Made by a program: the position numbers and the translations under genes
Notes under the pieces: generated by a model
Databases searched by the model: none
What the model was told of the DNA's origin: nothing
What the model saw: only the letters and a program-made list of their open reading frames with translations
Assembly (NCBI GenBank): GCA_019056785.1
Contig: DXJV01000060.1
Location: 1 to 15,470 of the forward strand
Direction: 5' to 3'
Length of the DNA: 15,470 bases
Source: Candidatus Heimdallarchaeota archaeon
GTDB taxonomy: Archaea; Asgardarchaeota; Heimdallarchaeia; JABLTI01
Part shown: piece by piece, positions 1 through 7,324 of the stretch
How the letters are laid out: each line of letters starts with the position of its first letter
Numbering within the stretch: position 1 is the first letter of the stretch

Positions 1-460
1 TCATAAGAAACATTCCAGTAGACACCTCGCCCACGCAGAAGATGTTGTCTTCAGAATCGATAGCCACACATGAAATCCATGCTTGTTCTCCCAAACTCGA
101 ATCATTTGGTTGATAAAGCAACTCCCAGAGCAACTCGCCGGTAGGAGAGTATTTCAGAAGCAAACCTCTACCCCAAAAGTCATGCGTCACTCCTCCTACG
201 ATGATGTTTTGTTTGGAATCAAAACTAAGGTCCCAAGCCGTGCTTATGTTGTTTTCTCCTCCCCAATGGACAACCTTGGGGAGCAAAAACTCAGCATCAG
301 GGAAGAGGGGCTCTTGTTGTGCTACTAGGGAGGGGTTTCTTTCAAGCGACCGGGTAGCAGTTCCTTCTGGAAATCGGACCGGAGGGGCTAACAAGATGAG
401 GAGGAGAATGAGGATCATCACAAGGCTGCTCTTCGTTTTGGTGCTTTTTTTCTTTTGCAT
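1..460 (-). CDS. Secreted or membrane-anchored beta-propeller repeat protein (SBBP-like), 5' part only; runs off the window
   Basis: Not in the ORF track. Hand translation from ATG at 460 gives MQKKKSTKTKSSLVMILILLLILLAPPVRF...WGGENNISTAWDLSFDSKQNIIVGGVTHDFWGRGLLLKYSPTGELLWELLYQPNDSSLGEQAWISCVAIDSEDNIFCVGEVSTGMFLM, open to the window edge (153 codons). It has a basic plus hydrophobic signal peptide and two blade-like repeats (xDSxxNIxxxG...LLKYSPTGELLW). Confidence 0.85.
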   Translation of the reverse strand, partial: MQKKKSTKTKSSLVMILILLLILLAPPVRFPEGTATRSLERNPSLVAQQEPLFPDAEFLLPKVVHWGGENNISTAWDLSFDSKQNIIVGGVTHDFWGRGLLLKYSPTGELLWELLYQPNDSSLGEQAWISCVAIDSEDNIFCVGEVSTGMFLM

Positions 461-590
461 AACAATCTCATCCGAAAGCACTACAATGTAACACTTTCCT
501 TTCTTATTCTCTTATAAAGATAGTTAGTTTTTCGATTGAGAAAGGTGGGTCAATGAGGTAGGTCCATTATAAGACTTTTTGGTCTAAAAT

Positions 591-606
591 TGGAAAAGTT
601 TTTAAT
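591..606 (+). promoter_or_regulatory. Putative archaeal BRE/TATA promoter of the S8 peptidase gene
   Basis: TGGAAAAGTTTTTAAT: a purine-rich BRE-like stretch followed by a TATA-like box. It resembles the motifs upstream of the vWA and methyltransferase genes. Confidence 0.45.
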
Positions 607-664
607 GCCTAATCTTTTTATTAAAGTGACTTTCTTTAGGAGAAAAGAAAAAGGAGATTTGAAA

Positions 665-1471
665 TTGGAAATTAATAAAGTATGTTTTTTAAGCTATTTG
701 ATGTTCTTTCTAACTTTTATGCCAATGTTCCTTAATACTACTGCGATTGCTCCGCAGATTGTTAACGGTAGTTCATCACAACCAGAAGATACGACTACTT
801 TTTGCACTGCCAAAAAAGCCGAAAGACCATTTTCTTCTATTATCATAAGCACAAGTACACCCCCTTCTTATCCTGAAAGCTCTCTCCAAGAATACTATAA
901 TTTAGCAGCTGTACATAACATCAGCACAGGTGCGGGCGTTAGAGTCTTACTCATCGACAAACCAATTGACAAAGAGAATACCTTGTTGTAGGGGCATCTT
1001 ATTAACGAGTTATGTGTTTACTTGAAAATTGAAAATGATATTGTGACAGATGTCACTCCTGATTACAACAACTATGAATGGACAGATGAACGTGCTCATG
1101 GCACGAGGGTTGCCGGGGTTATCGCTCAAATGGCGCCTAATGCAAGCATCATGTGTCTAGGCATTGATAATCCTGCTAATATCCATCAGGCTATAAATTA
1201 TCTTTATGATCACTGGACTGATTTCGAACCTGATATTATCAGTATTAGTATCACAGCTGAGCCTGATTCTGATACAGAGAACAAATTAAAACGTTTTTGT
1301 GATCGCGGTACTTTTATTGCTCTTGCTGTAGGAAATATCGTCTTTGATTTTATAGGGAATGTAGTTGGTACTGACACTGTGAAATGGCCGGCAAGTTCGT
1401 TAGCTGCTAGATATGGAATCATGGGTGTTGGTGTAATTATCGATGATGGGGATGCTCATCCCGTTTATTGA
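665..1471 (+). pseudogene. Disrupted and truncated subtilisin-family (S8) serine peptidase with signal peptide
   Basis: Track ORFs 590..991 and 1022..1471 are in the same frame, separated by one TAG (989-991; ...ENTLL*GHLINELCVYLKIEND...). Motifs present: TGAGVRVLLID (catalytic Asp, 956-958), HGTRVAGVIAQMAPNA (catalytic His, 1097-1099), IISISI, and FIALAVGN (oxyanion Asn, 1334-1336). The frame ends at TGA 1469-1471 and again at TAA 1496-1498, with no GTS catalytic Ser motif. Likely start is TTG 665 after GGAG (653-656). Confidence 0.8.
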
Positions 1472-1507
1472 GAGAAAAGAGAAAGAACGACTAAATAATC
1501 CTGTCAC

Positions 1508-1513
1508 AAAAAA
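1508..1513 (-). terminator. Oligo-T terminator candidate directly after the tRNA CCA
   Basis: A T6 run on the minus strand immediately follows CCA; oligo-T tracts terminate archaeal transcription. Confidence 0.5.
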
Positions 1514-1618
1514 TGGCGGATCCGGCCGGATTTGAACCGGCGACCCTCTGCTATCTCCTGTTACAATTATTTTTATTCTTAGGAGGCAGATGCGCTATCC
1601 ATACTGCGCCACGGATCC
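1514..1618 (-). tRNA. tRNA-Arg(CCU) with 27-nt intron at canonical position 37/38 (intron 1553..1579) and encoded CCA
   Basis: Reverse complement folds as GGATCCG TG GCGC AGTATGGATA GCGC A TCTGC CT-CCT-A [AGAATAAAAATAATTGTAACAGGAGAT] A GCAGA GGGTC GCCGG TTCAAAT CCGGC CGGATCC G CCA. All four stems pair perfectly and the mature length is 78 nt. Confidence 0.97.
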
Positions 1619-1642
1619 TATCTTTTGGGATAAAAAAAACGG

Positions 1643-1658
1643 CTTAAAATCTTTTTGG
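1643..1658 (-). promoter_or_regulatory. BRE/TATA promoter of tRNA-Arg
   Basis: Minus strand reads CCAAAAAGATTTTAAG; the TATA-like box lies 25-31 nt upstream of the tRNA 5' end. Confidence 0.6.
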
Positions 1659-1667
1659 AGATTATTA

Positions 1668-2678
1668 TTAGTGATATTCTGGGTGCAATTCACTTAAGCG
1701 GATGGTTAATTCTTTTGCTTGCCGGTCATACCACGCAAGTAATTCTCCGAGATTATCCGGCATAAAAAGCTCGCCACCACAATACCGGCTGATTTCACTC
1801 AATTCCTTTTTGTTAACAAATGGCCCCAAACCAACAGCATGAAGGATAATGTTATCATTTTCCGAGAAGAGATTGACAACTGCTTCACTAACTTTCTGAG
1901 ACGTATCAAACCCATCAGTCAATAGGATTATCATTAGCGGTTGTTTGCGTTTATTGCGGGGCAAAGAATTAATGATACGTTCGCATTTTTCGATGGCAGC
2001 TGCCATATTGGTTGCCATCCCTTGAGCGGCATCAACTTCTTCCAGCATTTCTTTTGCCATACGATTTAACAATTTTTGAGATCGAGAATCAGTAATGATA
2101 TATTGTTTTGTCTCGAGATTGATTGCTTCGGCACGGTCAGCAAAAGTAATGATACTAACTGTTTCTCCCTTTCGTATTCGAGCTTTTTCACTCAGATAGA
2201 GCAACCCGGCGAAGATTGCCCCTGCTTTCCGCGTGACATTGTTTCCTTCTTTAAATTGCTCGAGAAAATCGTCGAGGTTTTCAAAGGAGAAGGCTTTTTT
2301 AATTTTCTCTACAGCAGAACGAACATTGTTTACCTCGAGATCTCGACCATTCATCGACTTTGAAACGTCAACAATAAGAATTGAATTAAAGAGAATCGTC
2401 TCTTCTGGTTGTAAAGTGACCACTCGAGGTTCGCTAAGATCATAAGAAACCACTTCCCCACTCGAGAACCCCGGAGAGATGCGTTTTATTTTAATGGCAG
2501 CATTATTTTCATACCAATTAAGTTCCATCCCCTCTTGGATGTCATATGACTCGAGAAATTCCTTTAATTTATCGATATCCTTTCTCAAAGAGGCTAAAAC
2601 GGTAAAAGAATCATTGCCAGTAAGTGGACTGACAGATAATGTAAGTTCATTTATTTTGATTGCTTTTTCCTCTGTCAT
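1668..2678 (-). CDS. von Willebrand factor A (vWA) domain protein with intact MIDAS motif and an extra ~95-aa N-terminal domain
   Basis: 336-aa ORF with ILIVDVSKSM (DxSxS), VSIITFADRA, ATNMAAAI (MIDAS Thr), IILLTDG (MIDAS Asp), LHAVGLG and ELSEISRYCGGELF. GAGG Shine-Dalgarno-like sequence upstream. Confidence 0.9.
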   Translation of the reverse strand: MTEEKAIKINELTLSVSPLTGNDSFTVLASLRKDIDKLKEFLESYDIQEGMELNWYENNAAIKIKRISPGFSSGEVVSYDLSEPRVVTLQPEETILFNSILIVDVSKSMNGRDLEVNNVRSAVEKIKKAFSFENLDDFLEQFKEGNNVTRKAGAIFAGLLYLSEKARIRKGETVSIITFADRAEAINLETKQYIITDSRSQKLLNRMAKEMLEEVDAAQGMATNMAAAIEKCERIINSLPRNKRKQPLMIILLTDGFDTSQKVSEAVVNLFSENDNIILHAVGLGPFVNKKELSEISRYCGGELFMPDNLGELLAWYDRQAKELTIRLSELHPEYH

Positions 2679-2720
2679 TTATTCTATCCTCTAGCCTCAA
2701 CTAAATTTAAGGGGTATAGT

Positions 2721-2736
2721 TATTAATACTCTTCCA
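2721..2736 (-). promoter_or_regulatory. Putative BRE/TATA promoter of the vWA gene
   Basis: Minus strand reads TGGAAGAGTATTAATA, about 43 nt upstream of the ATG. Confidence 0.5.
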
Positions 2737-2773
2737 TTTAATTTTTGTTTCTATTGGTATATAAAAGCATAGA

Positions 2774-3517
2774 TTAGAACAAACACCATTGAGTAGAGAT
2801 ATAAGAATACCTCTTTGAGGCAATACAAGTTTGGCGTTTCGAGCCATAAACGTGAAACTTACAGTAAGGGATCTTGTTTTGGCGCAAAATGCGCCCTAAA
2901 CGACTAATGGTATCGCGTTCGCCTTTTCTTGCTGAATCATCAAAAATGATTATAAAGTTAGCTGGATCGATAATTTTTGGGATGAATGCCAGAATGCCAA
3001 GACGTGAGAATCGATAGTCACCAGGAGGGCCATCTACAATAATTAATTGATAACGAGTGTCTTCGTCCTGTAATAGTGTTGTGTTATACCATCTCCTCTT
3101 TTTCTTTTGAACGCGAATCTCTGTCAGTGGCGCTAAAACATACCGGATTTTTTCTCCAGTAAAAATCTTCGATTGAAAAAGTTCATACCAATAGCTATTA
3201 TCTTCAAGAATCAACAATGTCGCATTATTTTCTTTAGCATACCTGGAAGTGAAAAATGTTGATTGGCCTGAACCCAACTCGAGTATTGTTTGAGGCTTTT
3301 CATTATAAAGGACTTTAAAAAGTAAATACAGAAAAGAAGCATTTCCACCAAAACCATCCGGGAAAAAAACCAGGTCTTGCCAACCAACTGCTTGAAGGTT
3401 ATAATGTAAGCTTGCTAAATATTGCGACTCTTTCACAAAGCGGCCGTAAAGCATTGATGGCGACAAATGTTTGAGAATTGATGCAGGATGAATTGGAATT
3501 CTTGGTTGTCGTGGCAT
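2774..3517 (-). CDS. Class I SAM-dependent methyltransferase (Methyltransf_24-like)
   Basis: Motif I KPQTILELGSGQST, acidic strand end LILEDN, YQLIIVDGPPG and IIIFDDSARKGE. Start is either ATG 3517 or TTG 3529. Confidence 0.8.
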   Translation of the reverse strand: MPRQPRIPIHPASILKHLSPSMLYGRFVKESQYLASLHYNLQAVGWQDLVFFPDGFGGNASFLYLLFKVLYNEKPQTILELGSGQSTFFTSRYAKENNATLLILEDNSYWYELFQSKIFTGEKIRYVLAPLTEIRVQKKKRRWYNTTLLQDEDTRYQLIIVDGPPGDYRFSRLGILAFIPKIIDPANFIIIFDDSARKGERDTISRLGRILRQNKIPYCKFHVYGSKRQTCIASKRYSYISTQWCLF

Positions 3518-3545
3518 GAACAATCCCAAATAAGTTTTTTAGTTA

Positions 3546-3560
3546 CTAATAACTTTTCCA
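3546..3560 (-). promoter_or_regulatory. Putative BRE/TATA promoter of the methyltransferase gene (near-leaderless)
   Basis: Minus strand reads TGGAAAAGTTATTAG, about 29 nt upstream of ATG 3517. Confidence 0.45.
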
Positions 3561-3683
3561 TTCATAATTTTTCCGATGGAAACAGATTCCCAGTTAGCAG
3601 AAGAAAGCACAAATTTAATTGCGAAGAGAAGAGCAAGTTCATTAGGAATTTCTAAAATTACTTCAAAGAACTGAGGACAAATC

Positions 3684-5363
3684 ATGTATAAATTAAAGAA
3701 ATTGTCGGCATTTCATGGTCGTAGTGGTCCATTGCTCTTGATAATAATGGATGGCATTGGTCTAGGCAAAGAAGACAAAGGAAATGCTGTCTTTTTAGCT
3801 CGGCCTAAAACCCTGGAAAGAATAACAAAAGAATGTAAGAAACGGAAACTCTTCTGCAAATTAAAAGCTCATGGAACGGCCGTAGGGTTAATTTCTGATA
3901 AAGATATGGGGAATAGCGAGGTTGGGCATAATGCTCTCGGTTCCGGGCAAATTTACAATCAAGGAGCAAAACTTGTTGAAAAGGCAATAGAAAGTGGCAA
4001 ATTATTTGAGACTGCTCTTTGGAAGGATGTAGTCACAACAGCCATTCGCAAGAAAAGCACTGTCCATCTCATTGGACTCCTGTCAGATGGGAATGTTCAC
4101 AGCAATTTAGAAGAATTATTCGGTCTTATCCAAGGGTTAGCGAGAGCGCAAGTACCTCGTGTTCGCATACATGTTTTAACTGATGGGCGTGATGTCCCTG
4201 CAAGGTCAGCACTCAAATATATTCACCTTCTTGAAGATGTGTTGCAAACAATTAACAAGGAACAAGCAAACTTTGATTATCGCATTGCTTCTGGGGGCGG
4301 ACGAATGTATGTCACAATGGATCGATATGAATCGAATTGGGAAATTGTTCGACGGGGATGGCTTGCACATGTTTTAGGGAAAGTCCAAGAATCAGAACTG
4401 AAGAATGGCTATAAAGGGTATTTCACATCTGCAGAGGAAGCAATTAAAAATGCTCGGAAATGCTTCCCCGAAAAAAACGATCAATTTTTGCCGCCATTTG
4501 TAATAATTAACTCCGAAAACGGAGAGCCGGTAGGTAGAATTAGAGATAACGATATTGTTATTAATTTCAATTTTAGAGGGGATCGAGCAATTCAAATCTC
4601 CAAAGCTTTTGAACAAGAAGATTTCGATAAATTTAACCGGGAATTTTATCCAAAAGTCAAATACATTGGCCTACTCGAGTATGATGGTGATGAACACATC
4701 CCCAAGCATTATCTCGTACCCCCTCCAAATATACAAAATGTCCTCTCCGATTATTGTTGCGCAAACAATATCAAATCTTTCGCCATTGCAGAAACACACA
4801 AGTTTGGTCATGTAACTTATTTTTGGAATGGTAACCGAACTGGGTATGTTTGTCCAGACAAAGAAAAATATGTTGAAATAAAGTCAGACCCTAATGAACT
4901 CATTCCTACCAAGCCCGAGATGAAAGCCAGAGAAGTTTGTCAAGAAACAATCAAGGCTCTTAGAAGTGGCGAATATCAATTTCTCCGGGTGAATTTTGCT
5001 AATGGCGACATGGTGGGACATACAGGTAATATAGAAGCAGCAGTGAAAGCAGTTACAACCGTTGATGAATGTTTGCATGATTTACTCGAGGTTGTTGCAG
5101 AATTAAAGGGCATAACCATAGTAACAGCTGACCATGGCAATTGTGATGATATGCTTTCACCGGATGGAAAAACAAAGACTGCTCATTCCCTTAACCCTGT
5201 TGGTTTTTGGATTGTCGATAACAACTGGCAAGGGGAATATGAGATTAAAAGCAACTTAGAAGAACCAAGCCTTGCAAATGTTGCTGCAACGATCCTAAAT
5301 CTCTTGGGCTTTGAACAACCGGCGAGTTATCGTGAAAGTTTACTAACATTCAAACAAAGCTAA
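3684..5363 (+). CDS. gpmI: 2,3-bisphosphoglycerate-independent phosphoglycerate mutase (iPGM, GpmI type)
   Basis: 559 aa with IIMDGIG, MGNSEVGHNALG (phospho-Ser), LLSDGNVHS, TDGRD, NFRGDR, AETHKFGHVTYFWNG, NFANGDMVGHTG, TADHGN and TAHSLNPV. Confidence 0.97.
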   Translation: MYKLKKLSAFHGRSGPLLLIIMDGIGLGKEDKGNAVFLARPKTLERITKECKKRKLFCKLKAHGTAVGLISDKDMGNSEVGHNALGSGQIYNQGAKLVEKAIESGKLFETALWKDVVTTAIRKKSTVHLIGLLSDGNVHSNLEELFGLIQGLARAQVPRVRIHVLTDGRDVPARSALKYIHLLEDVLQTINKEQANFDYRIASGGGRMYVTMDRYESNWEIVRRGWLAHVLGKVQESELKNGYKGYFTSAEEAIKNARKCFPEKNDQFLPPFVIINSENGEPVGRIRDNDIVINFNFRGDRAIQISKAFEQEDFDKFNREFYPKVKYIGLLEYDGDEHIPKHYLVPPPNIQNVLSDYCCANNIKSFAIAETHKFGHVTYFWNGNRTGYVCPDKEKYVEIKSDPNELIPTKPEMKAREVCQETIKALRSGEYQFLRVNFANGDMVGHTGNIEAAVKAVTTVDECLHDLLEVVAELKGITIVTADHGNCDDMLSPDGKTKTAHSLNPVGFWIVDNNWQGEYEIKSNLEEPSLANVAATILNLLGFEQPASYRESLLTFKQS

Positions 5364-6943
5364 AGATGTTTTGCCATATAAGGCAATAATTTTTCAAAAC
5401 CTCTTTTAGCGTAATATTCACGCACTCCAACACCACTCGTTACGAGAAGCAATTCGCTCCCATGTACCCTTGCGAGCTCGCTTGCTTCTTCTAAGAGCTT
5501 GGTCCCGAATCCTCGATGCTGCCAATCGCTGGCTTGTTCTGCAGTTTTACCTATGCCCACGACTGCACCGTAAACATGCAACTCACGAATAATAGAAAAG
5601 GGACGTCCTTTAACAACAGTAATTAACTTCTCATCTGAAGGATGCCGAAGGCGCAGAAAGCCAAAAAGAATATCTTGACTTGTATCCTCGAAGGAAAGGA
5701 AGATTTCTTTCCCTCTGGATGCATCGTACTCTCGCTTCACTAATTCAATGTCTTTTTCCCGCGGGGTCAAACCTTTTTGTTGTTTATGACCAACTTCACG
5801 ACAACGGATGCAACGGCAGTTTTTCCCTTGTTCGGCGAGATATTGTTGAGCATATTCTCGCAAATCACTTTTCTTTGGTCCGGCAAAAATTCTCGGTGCT
5901 GGGATATCTCGGAGGATACGCTTGATCCGTATCGTTGGAGGGGTATGAGCTTTGAATTCCGCCACTCTTTTTACAGTTTCTTCGAATGTCAAAGGCTCGT
6001 AGTCACCAGCTTGGTATTCTTCGAATAACTTTGTGTTTTCCATCAGCATGAGAGGATAGATCTTTAACTCGTCGGGGATGAACTTCGGGTCAGTCATCAA
6101 TTTTTTATAGGCAGCCAATTCTCCTGCCCAATCAATACCCGGCAATCCAACCATCACATGTGCAGTCACTTTCAGTCCTAAATCCCGCAACCGCTGAAAA
6201 GCCATGGCAACATCTGCAACAGTGTGACCTCGGTTGATGCGCTGGTAAACGTCATCATTTAATATTTGAACTCCCACTTCTACTCGAGTAATACCCCAAT
6301 TCAACTCACGTTGTAGGTTTTCAATGGTGCAAGTATCCGGTCTTGTTTCTACTGTTATGCCAATACACCGTTGCTCGCTTTTTTCAGCAAACATAAGAGC
6401 TTCTTTGATGTCTTTGGATTCCTGCATCGTTATTCCATCAAGACACCCTTTGATGAAAGCTTCTTGATAACTCAAAGGCGCAGCTGGAAATGTTCCACCC
6501 ATAATTATCAAGTCAATTTTCGAAGTGTCATGACCAATTGCCTTTAGCTGCTGGATTCTTTCAATTACTTGCTTCTTTGGATCATAAGCATTTCTTTTTC
6601 CCCGCATTGCTGCCGGTTCAAAACCCGTATACGATTGTGGACTGTCAAATTCAGGCCCACCGGGGCACATCGTACACTTTCCATGCGGGCAAGGAAGAGG
6701 TTTACTCATAACTGCAACAACTGCAACACCAGAAAGCGTCCTGCTTGGTTTCTTCATAAGAATTGGCCGGAGAATCACTCGTTCTTCTTCAGTCGCAGCT
6801 TGAAGAATGTCACTATTTCTTGGAAAAGCATTTAATGAAAACTTTTTCGCCACAAGCCGTTTTATTGCGGCTAGTTCTCGTGCTGTTTTTGGTTGCCTTT
6901 TTAGAATATGGGCAATAATTTCGCGATAAGCTTGCTCTTCCAA
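5360..6943 (-). CDS. elp3: Elp3-family tRNA uridine(34) acetyltransferase (radical SAM plus GNAT/KAT)
   Basis: SRTLSGVAVVAVM, CPHGKCTMCPGG (Fe-S motif), QSYTGFEPA, IMGGTF, ETRPD, KIYP, RILRDIP, CRCIRCRE, RELHVYG, QHRGFG and SGVGVREYY. Overlaps the gpmI 3' end by 4 nt, tail to tail. Confidence 0.97.
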   Translation of the reverse strand: MEEQAYREIIAHILKRQPKTARELAAIKRLVAKKFSLNAFPRNSDILQAATEEERVILRPILMKKPSRTLSGVAVVAVMSKPLPCPHGKCTMCPGGPEFDSPQSYTGFEPAAMRGKRNAYDPKKQVIERIQQLKAIGHDTSKIDLIIMGGTFPAAPLSYQEAFIKGCLDGITMQESKDIKEALMFAEKSEQRCIGITVETRPDTCTIENLQRELNWGITRVEVGVQILNDDVYQRINRGHTVADVAMAFQRLRDLGLKVTAHVMVGLPGIDWAGELAAYKKLMTDPKFIPDELKIYPLMLMENTKLFEEYQAGDYEPLTFEETVKRVAEFKAHTPPTIRIKRILRDIPAPRIFAGPKKSDLREYAQQYLAEQGKNCRCIRCREVGHKQQKGLTPREKDIELVKREYDASRGKEIFLSFEDTSQDILFGFLRLRHPSDEKLITVVKGRPFSIIRELHVYGAVVGIGKTAEQASDWQHRGFGTKLLEEASELARVHGSELLLVTSGVGVREYYAKRGFEKLLPYMAKHL

Positions 6944-7103
6944 TGTTGGTTTTCTTCCTTAATTGATTTGTTGGTGTTTTCTTCATTCAGTGTAAAATAA
7001 ATCTATTTTCTCCTTTAGAAAAAGGACTCATTGATACTTTTAGAAATTACAGGTGAAGAAAAGGAGAAAGAGTTGTTGCTTTAGGGGAGAGAGAAAAGAA
7101 TTA

Positions 7104-7283
7104 TCATCTTCGTCTTCGTCTTCGTGCCCCGGATTGCTGACCTGCTGGAAGACCTTTCGCATATCTCTTGTAATAATTATGTTTATTTCTCAATCTTGGA
7201 TGGCGTGAGAGATGATGTTTCCTGTCTACTTTTGGTGTTTGATTGCGAACTTTTCCAGCTTTTTGAACAGAACCGTGTGTCAT
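7104..7283 (-). CDS. rps30e: Small-subunit ribosomal protein eS30 (S30e)
   Basis: Not in the ORF track (59 aa). Hand translation: MTHGSVQKAGKVRNQTPKVDRKHHLSRHPRLRNKHNYYKRYAKGLPAGQQSGARRRRRR*. It carries the eS30 signature HGSxxKAGKVRxQTPK and the R.RN..NY.KR motif, with GAGG upstream and tandem TGA-TAA stops. Confidence 0.96.
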   Translation of the reverse strand: MTHGSVQKAGKVRNQTPKVDRKHHLSRHPRLRNKHNYYKRYAKGLPAGQQSGARRRRRR

Positions 7284-7310
7284 TCTTGATTGCCTCTAAA
7301 CAACTATACA

Positions 7311-7324
7311 GTTATAATTTTTCG
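7311..7324 (-). promoter_or_regulatory. BRE/TATA promoter of rps30e
   Basis: Minus strand reads CGAAAAATTATAAC, a near-consensus BRE plus TATA box, about 28 nt upstream of the rps30e ATG. Confidence 0.65.

Noticed and set aside
369-387. GGAAATCGGACCGGAGG resembling the tRNA 3' end (possible att site)
   Set aside because: The match is short and mismatched, in the opposite orientation to the tRNA, and inside a coding region.
83-491. Plus-strand ORFs 83..328 and 201..491
   Set aside because: They are antisense shadows of the minus-strand beta-propeller gene, which has a signal peptide and recognisable repeats.
989-991. Genome-wide TAG reassignment
   Set aside because: elp3 and rrp4 end at TAG at their expected C-termini, so TAG works as a stop in this genome.
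1469-1498. Selenocysteine readthrough of the protease TGA
   Set aside because: Readthrough adds only 8 more codons before TAA, the context is not a redox motif, and no SECIS-like structure is evident.
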